Below are positions 27,793 to 37,788 of a stretch of DNA of 64,000 nt, piece after piece (position 1 is the first letter of the stretch; the number at the start of each line of letters is the position of its first letter). Position numbers and translations under genes: made by a program. Origin of the DNA: Candidatus Obscuribacterales bacterium (GTDB lineage Bacteria; Cyanobacteriota; Vampirovibrionia; Obscuribacterales; Obscuribacteraceae). Location of the stretch: assembly GCA_965228855.1 (NCBI GenBank), contig CBDDIJ010000003.1:1920001-1984000 (forward strand), written 5' to 3'. The notes beneath the pieces are model-generated. The model made no database searches. It was not told where the DNA came from and saw nothing but the letters and a program-made list of their open reading frames with translations.

Positions 27793-28446
27793 CTGAGACA
27801 AGAACTATTTCTTTGTCCTGCATGAAGTTTTTGGACTGCCTTCAGAGCGATCTCCAGTTCTCGCAAAAAAATCCGGGTCTGCTCCCATTGAATGGACTTT
27901 GAGCAGCGTACATATCGCCTCGTTGAATTCCGCTGTTTTACTTAAGCAGCGGATCCATACTGACAGCAATCATAAAGAGCAGATTCTATGTCGCTGTGTC
28001 GCTGGCGAATTACTCCATAGTTATTGATTGATCTCGATGTCCGACCTTAGCCCCTTTCACACGCACTCCTGAAGTCCGAAAAATCAACTCACTGCACATT
28101 CGCGTCATCACGACGGATGCGCATTGACAGTACGTCTAGAGGGCAACACACTGCGAATCGATAGAAAACTTTGTAGACGATCTGCCAACGCGCATCACTC
28201 CCGGAAGAACTAGAGAGATTTCGATTGTTTGAATTTATTTTGTCAGGACAGGATAAAGAATGTCGGCACGAGTGCCGAAATCAGCCATCAGCAAGGCTTC
28301 CGCTGTCGACAACGTCAAATCAGTTGTCGACAAGTACCTCTAAACCATCAGCGATTGACATTCCAGCAGCAGACGGTGAAGTGCAATTGATAGAATTGAG
28401 ACATCTTCGAAGCGAGAATAATCAGATGACTTGCGCTTGTCTCAGC

Positions 28447-28902
28447 ATGGATACCTTGCTCGACTACATCGAGCGATACCACTCATCAACACCCGCCTCG
28501 GTGAATGCTTCCGTCTGTGAAGACTTCGAGAGAAACTTTGGACGAATGCCCACGGACTTGGAGTATTTGTACTCTCAATGTGCATCGCTCTCTCTCTTTA
28601 ACGATAAAGTTGTGATACTTCCGTTAAGCGATCTCTCCTGGGCGAACGAGGCGGTTTTCGGTAAAAATCATACCAATCAGTTCTCGACGACCTGCGTCGC
28701 ATTCTGCAGATTTGATACTGGCGGCTACGTGGGCTACGAATTGCCACCGACGGGCTCAGCGAATACCTCCTTTAAGGATCTCGATTCGTTTTTCGAGAAC
28801 GAACCAACGACTATCAGCCGATGTTTGACAAATTTTCTCACAAACTTACTGGTGTCAGAGGGAGAACTCTTTTGGCTTGATCCAGGCTACAAACATCATT
28901 AG
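28447..28902 (+). CDS. SMI1/KNR4 (SUKH) family immunity-like protein
   Basis: PAS.....FE..FG.MP.DL..LY, then F...DTGGYVG...LT.FL pattern. Confidence 0.65.
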   Translation: MDTLLDYIERYHSSTPASVNASVCEDFERNFGRMPTDLEYLYSQCASLSLFNDKVVILPLSDLSWANEAVFGKNHTNQFSTTCVAFCRFDTGGYVGYELPPTGSANTSFKDLDSFFENEPTTISRCLTNFLTNLLVSEGELFWLDPGYKHH

Positions 28903-28953
28903 ATACTTACTCGATTGCTTTTTCGACAAGCAATTCACCACGTCGAGGTAATT

Positions 28954-29476
28954 GTGAGTTTAGAAACTAGGTGGCAATCGATTTATGAAACCGCTGGCTA
29001 TCTCGCAGCTCATGCCGTTTGGCATCTTCATGAAGAAGATATCGTAATTCCGGTGCTCGCGTATGAGGCGCAAGGTCAGCGCATTATCGAAGAAATTTTG
29101 GCAAACACAATGGCGGAGTTGGAAACTGGCATCGGAAAAGCGAGTGTGGCGTTAGCAACTAATCCAATGGCGGCGTCGTTCGCTCTCCTGATCTTTCCTG
29201 CATCTATTGAATTAAATCAAGAAGCACGAACTTGCATAGTCATCGACATGTGCGACTACGCCTCCGAATTAACCTCATCAGCCAGACTTGTCGTTCCATT
29301 CACGCTCACAAAAAAAAATGTTTGGAAAAGAATTGGTGCTCCATCCTCCTGGGCAGATGGATCGCAGTGCGGATTTTGACGTCCCCTTGGCGATGCAAAG
29401 TTTTTTTAAAGGAGTCTACGACCATTCTGAAGGCGCTGCAATTTGGAACAAGTGCCTGGATCAGTCTCAGCTATGA
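28954..29476 (+). pseudogene. Hypothetical protein split by a +1 frameshift in an A9 run
   Basis: GAGGT+GTG 28954. Removing one A from 29310-29318 joins ...PFTLTKK to MFGKELVLH...FFKGVYDHSEGAAIWNKCLDQS*. Confidence 0.6.
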
Positions 29477-29538
29477 TTAGTCTAAATTTTATGTAGGACC
29501 CTTGTAGGGCCAACAAAAACTCAAATCCTGAAAAACTA

Positions 29539-29610
29539 AACCCTCGGAGAGATTCGAACTCCCGACACCCTCCTTAGGACGGAGGTGTTCTTCCACTGAA
29601 CTACGAGGGC
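29539..29610 (-). tRNA. tRNA-Arg(CCT)
   Basis: Cloverleaf GCCCTCG-TA-GTTC-AGTGGAA-GAAC-A-CCTCC-GT[CCT]AA-GGAGG-GTGTC-GGGAG-TTCGAAT-CTCTC-CGAGGGT-T; CCA not encoded. Confidence 0.93.
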
Positions 29611-29655
29611 AGATTGGATATCTATTCTAGCGCATCGCTGGAGACAGGACAGGGC

Positions 29656-31563
29656 TTACTCGAACTTTCCGACTGACAAGAAGTGAATGGTCTTGCCGAG
29701 CAGCCGGCTTAGCCAGAAGAATGAAAGGAAGGCGTTTATCAAGAGGGCGGCGACTGCCAGGTTAAAACCGAGCCTCTGCGAAGCAGGTCGACAGTCGAAA
29801 GTGACGAGATGAGAGCCGGCTGTGACGAAAACAGCCCGGGCGAAGCCGTTGGCTCGATACATTGGAGCCGGAGTACTGTCCACGTATGCTTTCCAGCCTG
29901 GATAAAACGTATCGCGAACAACCACGAAAGCCGGACTTTTCGCGTTTACAGACAGGGAAACATGCTCTGGCTCGTAAGCCATCACGTCAACCGGCTTGCA
30001 CCGCGCCTCGTTCGCTAACAATTCCGCACCTTTCGAGTCGGAAAGCGGCGGACCACTCGGCGGATTCACTTGCGAAAACGGCAATGCGTCCAGGCGCTCT
30101 ACATCAACATCGACAGACTGAGGCTTCTCAACGATCAGTTGAAAGCGCGAATCAAACGACCTCCCGCCTTCGAAGTACTGTTGAACTATCTCGTTTCGAT
30201 CTTTCACCCAGTGCCAAGCGTCCATCGTATAAGCGACCGGCACCACAACCTCCTGCTGAAAACAATGCCAGGACTTCGGCTCATCCTTCATCTGCAGCAT
30301 GAACGGGCGCCAGTCCACAAGCGCCGTTTCTGCCTGTTTCAACGCATCCCCCTGAGAAGTCACTATCATCCCAATCGAGCAGAATGAACTGAATTTCGCG
30401 AGCTTCTCTTCCAGCGCTGCGTCGTCAGCTGAAAACGAAATCGACTCATCCGGTTCAAAACCGATCGCGTCTTTCACGAATGTTCGGTACGAAGCGACCG
30501 GATGACCGAGATATCCCATCGGGCTCCCCAACTGGCTTTTCATGTTTACATCCGGCAGGATGGAACGCACTACTTCAGAGTCGATGCCATTTTTCCCAGA
30601 TGCCACCAGATACCGCCCCTGATGCCCGACAGTTCCTTGAATTGCCTTCAGCATCTCGTCTCGTTTCCGAGCAAATGTATAAAGTTCAGTCTTGGTCATA
30701 GTTTCCGGCACAAGGAAATTTCCGCCCGCTTCGAGTTTTGGACCAGATCGGAGGAAGTTTCGAACAGCACCACTAGCAGTGTCACCTTGCACCCAGTCAA
30801 AAACTGGCAGTAGAACAGGCGCTGCAATACAAGCAGAAACTAGAACTGCCATGCCATACATCCCGAAGCGCGCATCTTGTCCGCGCAACCGACATGCCAG
30901 CAACATTAGAAAGAGAAACAAAACCGCGCCGAATGCAAAGACGAGCGAGCCGGACATAAGCATTAGAGTGATGAACGTTGAATTTACAACGATCAGACCG
31001 ACTTTATGCGGCTTGGGCTCATTTCGGACGGCGCACCGCGCGGCTCCGAACAAGCAGAATGGAAACCATGCGAAAGTAGCAGCCAGTGCCAGGTTTGAAT
31101 CCATCACCATAAGCAGGGCTCCTCCGCAATATAGAAGAGAAAGCACCAGGCGCACCACCGGTTTCGCCCGGACCTGACTCAAAGCCAAATAGATTCCGGT
31201 GAATCCAATGATTTGATGCAGCAACAGAAACAGCCCACAGGCGAGGTCATAGTTCTCAATCAGAAGAACTACATTGAGTGGATAATACGAGCCTGGAAAG
31301 CATCCGGGCAACAGCGGCATTCCCAGATAACAAAACGGGTTCCACGCTGGTACCGTTCCATGAATCTGTATCTGTTCTCTGAAAAACTCAACCGTCGGTC
31401 GAAGATATCGCAAATGGACCTCAGAGCTGAATACTGCTCCACCGGCGAACACAGACGCGTATCGCAGCGCCAAAACGAAAGAAACCGCAAGCGTGTATAA
31501 AACCACATGCGGTATCGTTCCAGGTTTTGATTCAGTTTTGATCTCGTCTATCGACTCAGTCAC
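29656..31563 (-). CDS. YfhO-family membrane protein (GT-C-like)
   Basis: WNPF..LG.P...YYP N-terminus, many TM segments, C-terminal D.FYPGW.A.VD...RAN...RAV.V.AG.H.V.F. Confidence 0.8.
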   Translation of the reverse strand: MTESIDEIKTESKPGTIPHVVLYTLAVSFVLALRYASVFAGGAVFSSEVHLRYLRPTVEFFREQIQIHGTVPAWNPFCYLGMPLLPGCFPGSYYPLNVVLLIENYDLACGLFLLLHQIIGFTGIYLALSQVRAKPVVRLVLSLLYCGGALLMVMDSNLALAATFAWFPFCLFGAARCAVRNEPKPHKVGLIVVNSTFITLMLMSGSLVFAFGAVLFLFLMLLACRLRGQDARFGMYGMAVLVSACIAAPVLLPVFDWVQGDTASGAVRNFLRSGPKLEAGGNFLVPETMTKTELYTFARKRDEMLKAIQGTVGHQGRYLVASGKNGIDSEVVRSILPDVNMKSQLGSPMGYLGHPVASYRTFVKDAIGFEPDESISFSADDAALEEKLAKFSSFCSIGMIVTSQGDALKQAETALVDWRPFMLQMKDEPKSWHCFQQEVVVPVAYTMDAWHWVKDRNEIVQQYFEGGRSFDSRFQLIVEKPQSVDVDVERLDALPFSQVNPPSGPPLSDSKGAELLANEARCKPVDVMAYEPEHVSLSVNAKSPAFVVVRDTFYPGWKAYVDSTPAPMYRANGFARAVFVTAGSHLVTFDCRPASQRLGFNLAVAALLINAFLSFFWLSRLLGKTIHFLSVGKFE

Positions 31564-33272
31564 TATCTAACTGAAGGTTGTTTAGCGTATCCAATCTGGT
31601 TGCCGGTTTTTGGCTTCGCTACGTTCGCGGAGTCCGAACGATGGCCAATCAAGGCATCGTTTTCAGCGCTGCTAATCAGCTTGGGTTGCGGTCTCTGACT
31701 GATTTCGCGAACCTTTGCCGGATCGATGCTATCAGCAGCTCGACCGGAGATGCCCATAATCGGGTCGATCAGGAATGTACCTGCGGCAACTGTAGCGATC
31801 GAGCATGCGAGAAGTGCAGCCCATGGACCTTCCTGAGGGCTACCGACGAATGTGCGGGTCGCGGGAAGCTGAGCCACTTTCTCAGATGGTTCAGGCACAA
31901 TCATTTTGATAACGACACGGCAGTAGTAGAAAATTGCCGGGATGGAAGTCACAAGCGCAACAGCCACCAGCCACCAGCCAAGGTTGAGGCTGCCGAACAC
32001 ACTGTGTTGAACCATCGCACTCTGTGCCGACGGGTCTGTGAGCATCGGATTGCCTTCAAGACCGGCTTTGAAAATGAAGACCTTCGCAAAGAAGCCGGCG
32101 GGAGGGATTGGGAGCCCTGCCAGGTTTAACAATGCCAGCGTCATCATGACAGCCAGAACGGGGCGTTTGCGAATCAAACCAGCGTAATCGTCGATGCGAT
32201 CGCTGCCGATTTCGTTCTCCACGAGGATGGCACCGGCGAAGGCTGCGAGGTTCAAAAGACCATAAACAATGATGTAAAACACCATCGCTTGATATGACTC
32301 GTTGCTGAACGCTACAAAACCGATGAGCATATAGCCCACGTGCGCAATTGATGAGTAGGCAAGCATTCTCTTGAACGACGATTGCGCAAGTGCGATTAAG
32401 TTTCCGGCAATCATTGACACCATAGCTAGTGCGGCGACAACAACAACCCAATCGAAGTAGACGCTGTTGAAGATGGTGGTGAGCAAGCGTAGTGCGACCA
32501 CGAAGCCGCCTGCCTTGGAGCCGATTGAGAGGAATGCCGTCACTGGCGTCGGAGCGCCTTCATAAACGTCCGGCGTCCACATATGGAACGGGACGATTGA
32601 AAGTTTAAAACCGATTGCGCTGAGCGTAAGAGCGATGATCAAGAATTCAAGCAGTGAGCGACCGCCGTGTGAGATAAACTCCATCTTCTGAGCGATAGCA
32701 TCGAATGTGGTGGCACCGGTCATTCCATAGATGAATGACAGCGCGTACAGTAAAGTCGCAGTGGTAGCTGCCGTAGAGAGAAGGTACTTAAGCGATGCCT
32801 CGCCGCTTTTCCAGTTGCCTTTTTGGAAACCGGCAAGAAGAACACAGCAGATTGAAAGGGTTTCAAGACTGACGAACAACATGATGAGGTCGGTTGAGCC
32901 AGCCAGGAACATGACGGCGACGACCGCAGTTAGCAGAATCGCGTAAAACTCACCGCGATTGTTTTTGAAGTGCTGCACGTAACCGGTCGTCATCAGAACG
33001 ACAATCGCTCCGACGCCTGAGGCAATTAAACCGAAAATCGTAGTCAATGGGTCAACTGTGTAGACACCGCCGAAGAGCTTTTGAGTGGTTTCGATCTGCG
33101 CCGCCTGGCTGGCAAACGCAAATACGAGCGAGAGAAGCGCTATCCATGGCGTCCAGTGCTTCAGCTTGGGATTGAATAAGTCCCAAACCGCCGTCAACAG
33201 TACGCCGATAATCACCAGGATGTGTGGTGTGAGAAGCGCTACTGCATTGGAATAATCTGCGATCGTGTTCAT
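31563..33272 (-). CDS. nuoN: NADH-quinone oxidoreductase subunit N / NdhB
   Basis: EASLKY, FKLSIVPFHMWTPDVYEGAPTPV, KRMLAYSSIAH, LAGLP.PP.GF..K. Confidence 0.93.
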   Translation of the reverse strand: MNTIADYSNAVALLTPHILVIIGVLLTAVWDLFNPKLKHWTPWIALLSLVFAFASQAAQIETTQKLFGGVYTVDPLTTIFGLIASGVGAIVVLMTTGYVQHFKNNRGEFYAILLTAVVAVMFLAGSTDLIMLFVSLETLSICCVLLAGFQKGNWKSGEASLKYLLSTAATTATLLYALSFIYGMTGATTFDAIAQKMEFISHGGRSLLEFLIIALTLSAIGFKLSIVPFHMWTPDVYEGAPTPVTAFLSIGSKAGGFVVALRLLTTIFNSVYFDWVVVVAALAMVSMIAGNLIALAQSSFKRMLAYSSIAHVGYMLIGFVAFSNESYQAMVFYIIVYGLLNLAAFAGAILVENEIGSDRIDDYAGLIRKRPVLAVMMTLALLNLAGLPIPPAGFFAKVFIFKAGLEGNPMLTDPSAQSAMVQHSVFGSLNLGWWLVAVALVTSIPAIFYYCRVVIKMIVPEPSEKVAQLPATRTFVGSPQEGPWAALLACSIATVAAGTFLIDPIMGISGRAADSIDPAKVREISQRPQPKLISSAENDALIGHRSDSANVAKPKTGNQIGYAKQPSVR

Positions 33273-33706
33273 CAAAATTCCCTTACGTGACCCCTTCGGT
33301 CGTTTCTTTATCGCGGCGAGTTTCGTGCATGCACATGGCAACCGCTATAAAGAACCAGGCAAATTCTACAGAGGCTAACTATTAATAGGTGAGATTTTGA
33401 GAAAAACAAATTCGCCTCATTGCATCGTAATTGCTGAAAGAGCCAACGGCAGCACCTTTCCGGCGTTGAGGTCACAACTTAAACCTGTCCAATGCAAAGT
33501 TGATTCGTCACAGACCTAAACATGAGATATGCCTTCAATCCCAAGTGGAGGCATGTCACGGGTTTACAACCAATGTCACAGGGTTGCGACTTGTCTTCCG
33601 AACGTTCACAATCGACCAGCTAGAAACTTCCGAAATTCTCTGTGCAGAACACATAACAAGTTTCTCATTTAAGGGTAAGATAGACATACACGGTATAAAT
33701 GCGGTC

Positions 33707-34846
33707 ATGGAGAAAAAAACAATCACTGGCAATAGTGTCAAAACCTGCTTACTAGCCCTCGAGGATGGCAAAGTTTATACGGGCAAACACTTCGGCGCCG
33801 AAGGCACGGCAACGGGTGAACTTGTATTCAACACCAGCTTGATGGGCTACCAGGAGATCCTGACGGACCCCAGCTATGCGGGTCAAATCATTACGTTGAC
33901 CACGCCGGAAATTGGCAATTACGGCACCAACGATGGTGATATGGAGTCGCGAAAAGTTTTCGCACGAGGGCTCGTAGTCAGGCATTTGAGCAAGGTATAC
34001 AGCAACTGGAGAGCGACCGACAGTCTCGACCAGTTTCTCAAAAAGCACAATATTGTTGGGATTAGCGATATCGATACACGCGCAATTACGAGACACATTC
34101 GCGACAAAGGCGCGATGCGATGCGCACTGACAACGGAAATCGGTAACGATCTCGAGGCTGCAAAACAAAAACTTATCGATACCGCACGCCAGAGCCCGGA
34201 GATGACGGGGCTGGACCTCACCCGCGACGTCAGCTGTGATAAAGCGTACACGTTTGGATCGGGGAACATTCGAGTCGCAGTGCTCGACTTTGGTATTAAG
34301 CAGAATATATTGAATCTACTTGCCGGTGAGGGCTTTGCTCTGACCGTCTATCCATCGGACACTAAGGCGGCGACAATCCTGGAGACTAAACCAGACGGAA
34401 TTTTTCTATCCAACGGACCAGGCGATCCGGCTGCATGCACGGGCGTTCTGGAAGAGCTACCCAAGTTGATCGATTCGAAAATTCCGATTTTTGGAATCTG
34501 TTTAGGTCACCAGTTACTCTCAATCGCGCTTGGTGCCCGCACTTTCAAACTCAAATTCGGCCATAGAGGAGGCAACCAACCGGTAAAGGATCTGCTTACT
34601 GGAAAAGTAGAGATAACTTGTCAGAATCACGGATTCGCCGTTGACAAAGACACAGTGCCGGCTGACCTCGAGATTACCCACCTCAACCTCAATGATGGAA
34701 GCGTGGAAGGTTTCAGACACAAGAGCTTGCCGATATTTGCAGTGCAATATCACCCGGAGGCGAATCCGGGTCCCAACGACTCTAACTACCTTTTCGCCAG
34801 GTTCACCGACCTGGTGAAGTCAGACAATAAAGCGAAGGTGATCTAG
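33707..34846 (+). CDS. carA: Carbamoyl-phosphate synthase small subunit
   Basis: LALEDG, GELVFNT...GYQE.LTDPSY, LSNGPGDP, GICLGHQ, QYHPEA.PGP. Confidence 0.96.
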   Translation: MEKKTITGNSVKTCLLALEDGKVYTGKHFGAEGTATGELVFNTSLMGYQEILTDPSYAGQIITLTTPEIGNYGTNDGDMESRKVFARGLVVRHLSKVYSNWRATDSLDQFLKKHNIVGISDIDTRAITRHIRDKGAMRCALTTEIGNDLEAAKQKLIDTARQSPEMTGLDLTRDVSCDKAYTFGSGNIRVAVLDFGIKQNILNLLAGEGFALTVYPSDTKAATILETKPDGIFLSNGPGDPAACTGVLEELPKLIDSKIPIFGICLGHQLLSIALGARTFKLKFGHRGGNQPVKDLLTGKVEITCQNHGFAVDKDTVPADLEITHLNLNDGSVEGFRHKSLPIFAVQYHPEANPGPNDSNYLFARFTDLVKSDNKAKVI

Positions 34847-35512
34847 TTGTATAAAATTGCGATTTTTGATTTCGATGGAACACTAGTTGATTCGGCGCCA
34901 GGAATAGTAGATGTTATGCACCAGGTGGTTGATGAGTATCAGCTACCCGCCGAAGTGGCGGAGCACTGGAAGACTCTTATAGGTATCCCGCTTGTTGATC
35001 AGGTTGAAATCATCTGCCCGACTCGTCCAAGAGATTGGCATCAAAAAGTAGTCGAGCGCTATCGCGAAATTTACGACGCTAATAGTATCGAATTATGCCC
35101 ACCGTTCCCCGGTCTTCTGAATATGCTTCAGACATTGAAACGGATTGGTATCGCAAGTACGATCGCTACTTCCAAGCGAAGAGAAATCGTGGAGCCGGTT
35201 CTCGACCATCATAAATTGATGCACTTCTTTCATTTGATTTTGGGACAACAAGATGTAACTCAACACAAGCCGCATCCTGAGCTAGTTTTAAACACATTGA
35301 AACACATGACGCTAAATCCGCACGATGCAGTCGTGATCGGTGACAGCACATATGACCTGGAAATGGCTCGGAATGCAGGAGTTGACGCCATTGGAGTTTT
35401 AACCGGAGTGCATAATCGCTCTCAACTCGAGACGGCGAAACCGACTTACATTGTTGAAAATCTTGAACAGGCAACAGAACTAATCTTGCAAGGGAAAAAA
35501 CGCGTCGCTTAA
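34847..35512 (+). CDS. HAD family phosphatase (Gph/PpaX-like)
   Basis: FDFDGTLVDS, ATSK, KPHP, IGDS..D. Confidence 0.9.
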   Translation: MYKIAIFDFDGTLVDSAPGIVDVMHQVVDEYQLPAEVAEHWKTLIGIPLVDQVEIICPTRPRDWHQKVVERYREIYDANSIELCPPFPGLLNMLQTLKRIGIASTIATSKRREIVEPVLDHHKLMHFFHLILGQQDVTQHKPHPELVLNTLKHMTLNPHDAVVIGDSTYDLEMARNAGVDAIGVLTGVHNRSQLETAKPTYIVENLEQATELILQGKKRVA

Positions 35513-35734
35513 GACTGGCTGGGCACGACCACTTGTCAAGCACTGGATCTAAAAAACTTCTTCAGCCAGCATAACCACTGGCAACCCTTCCGGCTTTGAT
35601 AAGATCAGGCTTTCTCGATAGATCGAGAGGTTGATTGTCGATGTGAGAAAGCTCTCAGCTTGGGAGCGGAACTTTCATGGAGTCGTCGTATTCCATAAGC
35701 TCAATCGACTCGACAGGAAAAGCAGGAAGGAAAT

Positions 35735-37168
35735 ATGAACCGCTCAAAATTTGCAGCGAACAGTATCCATACAATAGTTTTAGCGCTCACTGTGCCGTTC
35801 TTGATCGTCATCCCGGCAAAAGCGCAAGACGCTGGTAATACCAAATCCGGTGCAGCAGACAATCGCACCACAGGCGAAACTGGCGGAGGAGCCAGCGGCG
35901 CGGCGGTGAACGGCGACGGTACTGCTGGCGCGACGGCTTCGTCGACATCGGATACAAGCGCTCAGCCAAAACGCAAAAAGATTATCTTTAAGCCAGGCGT
36001 TCCGCTCACAATAACAACAGCCAACGAAACCATCAAGGTCACCAACGACGCCAAAGTCGCACGAGACCAGGTGGCGAACTTCCCCGACAGCCCTGAGGCG
36101 CACTTCGTTCTGGCAGTTGCGCTCACCAGAACGAGCCAGGTGGAAGAAGCCCTTAAAGAAGTACGTAACGCCCGCAAGCTTTCGAATCAAAAAGGCGGCG
36201 CTGTTTATTTCGACCAGATGATTCAAGAGTACGAGAAGATGCTGGCGAACTACCCGGAGGATAACGAGGTCCGTTATCACCTGGCCTGGGCTTATTACAT
36301 GAAAGCTTACGTGCTCGCGCGGTATTCGAAGGGCAATACGCCTGCAGCACCGCAGACAGTGGCAGCCAACGTGGTAGCAGCGACAGCCAAGCCGGAAGTG
36401 AATGCTGACAAAGAGAAGAAGGCAGATTCCACAAAGGTTGCGGGAAAAACCGAGGCGGCGAAGACTGACGCATCAAGGTCTGATTTAGCCAAAGCAGACG
36501 TTAAAAACGACGACGCTGAAAAGACAGCCGACGCCGCTCCTGCCGATGCTGATAAGGCTGAGAACTGGCACGCTGACTGGGTATCGCAGAACACAGTTCT
36601 GTCCAAAGAAGAGCTGGATGACGCAGGTGACGCAAAGCCCTCCGCAAACAACGAAAAGACCACCGTCAAAGCCGCGGATAAGACCGAAGACAAAGGCTAC
36701 ACGAATCTGGGCGAAGAGCCGGAAGAGAAAAAAGCCTTCACACCGCCTGTAGTAGCACCGGCAAACGCCACTCCTAATGGTGGCAACAATAATTTCTGGA
36801 GCAATCCGCTCGGCTCACTCACAAACCTGGGTCCTATCACAGGGATGGAATATGCGAAGGCGAACGCATCACCGGAAGTGATACCACAGATCAAGGCGTA
36901 TTATCGCCGCTCGCTGAAAAAACTCGACGAAGTGCTCGAAAGAGAACCGGATGATATGCACGCCAAGCTCTATCGCGCACACTTGAACGCCGAATACTCA
37001 GGCGACATAGATGGCGCAATGAAGGTCTGGGAAGCGTGCCGTGACTCCCATCCGAACAATCCAGCTCCCTACTTTTTCCTTGGTGAAGGCTACCTCAAAA
37101 AAGGCGACTTGCGAAATTGCCTCACCAACGTGTCCAAAGCAATCGCCCTCAGAGGCGTAGGTAACTAA
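35735..37168 (+). CDS. Secreted TPR protein
   Basis: Signal peptide; TPR-like helices separated by low-complexity linkers. Confidence 0.75.
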   Translation: MNRSKFAANSIHTIVLALTVPFLIVIPAKAQDAGNTKSGAADNRTTGETGGGASGAAVNGDGTAGATASSTSDTSAQPKRKKIIFKPGVPLTITTANETIKVTNDAKVARDQVANFPDSPEAHFVLAVALTRTSQVEEALKEVRNARKLSNQKGGAVYFDQMIQEYEKMLANYPEDNEVRYHLAWAYYMKAYVLARYSKGNTPAAPQTVAANVVAATAKPEVNADKEKKADSTKVAGKTEAAKTDASRSDLAKADVKNDDAEKTADAAPADADKAENWHADWVSQNTVLSKEELDDAGDAKPSANNEKTTVKAADKTEDKGYTNLGEEPEEKKAFTPPVVAPANATPNGGNNNFWSNPLGSLTNLGPITGMEYAKANASPEVIPQIKAYYRRSLKKLDEVLEREPDDMHAKLYRAHLNAEYSGDIDGAMKVWEACRDSHPNNPAPYFFLGEGYLKKGDLRNCLTNVSKAIALRGVGN

Positions 37169-37176
37169 GGAGAGAT

Positions 37177-37776
37177 ATGCCCAAGTTCATCAACGGCGGC
37201 GTTTTGAAATTGATGCTCGCAATGGGCATCCTGGTTGGAATTGTCGGACTGATCTACTTTGCTCACAACAAAGCGGATGAAGAATTGAAAGAATTCTCAA
37301 AACAGCAAGCGAAAGAAAAGACGCTTGATGCCGTCACCGTGGACAACTATGAGTTGAAGCAAATAGGCGACGACAACGTGCTCCACTGGACCCTCATAGC
37401 AAAGACAGGCACCATGGATCCGACGACAAAGGACGTGGCGCTGGTTGACGTCAACGTAAACTATTACAAAGAGGGCAAAGTCAGCATGCGCCTGGATGCG
37501 CCCGTCGGGAAGGCAAATGAATTAACTCGAATAATCGTCCTCAAATCAAAAGGGGACAAGAAAGTCATGGTGGGCGGCGACGAAAAGCAGGCGACGCTCG
37601 AAACCAAAGAATTGGAATTAACAAAAAACAATCAGTTTAAGGCTACGGGTGGTGTTAACATCATGTGGCCCGGGGTAGCCAAGGTGACGGGCAGCGACGC
37701 CCACGGCTCGTTCAAGAAGGGCAACCTCGACAAATTGACAATTTGCGGAAATACCCACGCTCTCATCGACATCTAG
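37177..37776 (+). CDS. lptC: LPS export protein LptC-like
   Basis: N-terminal TM plus beta-rich domain (W.L.AK.G); first gene of the lpt cluster. Confidence 0.7.
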   Translation: MPKFINGGVLKLMLAMGILVGIVGLIYFAHNKADEELKEFSKQQAKEKTLDAVTVDNYELKQIGDDNVLHWTLIAKTGTMDPTTKDVALVDVNVNYYKEGKVSMRLDAPVGKANELTRIIVLKSKGDKKVMVGGDEKQATLETKELELTKNNQFKATGGVNIMWPGVAKVTGSDAHGSFKKGNLDKLTICGNTHALIDI

Positions 37777-37788
37777 TCAAAGGTAACC

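Larger units (their letters stand above)
24185..29580. mobile_element. tRNA-Arg(CCT)-integrated genomic island with decayed integrase
   Basis: Flanked by 42-nt direct repeats, with a tyrosine integrase remnant next to one repeat and toxin/immunity-type cargo. Confidence 0.85.

Noticed and set aside
27795..28010. Possible minus-strand gene remnant
   Set aside because: Only short protein-like fragments across frames, with no recognisable family.
25624..29530. Integron cassette array (small co-oriented genes next to a tyrosine recombinase)
   Set aside because: The integrase has an arm-binding domain and tRNA att repeats rather than IntI features, and no convincing attC inverted repeats were seen between genes.
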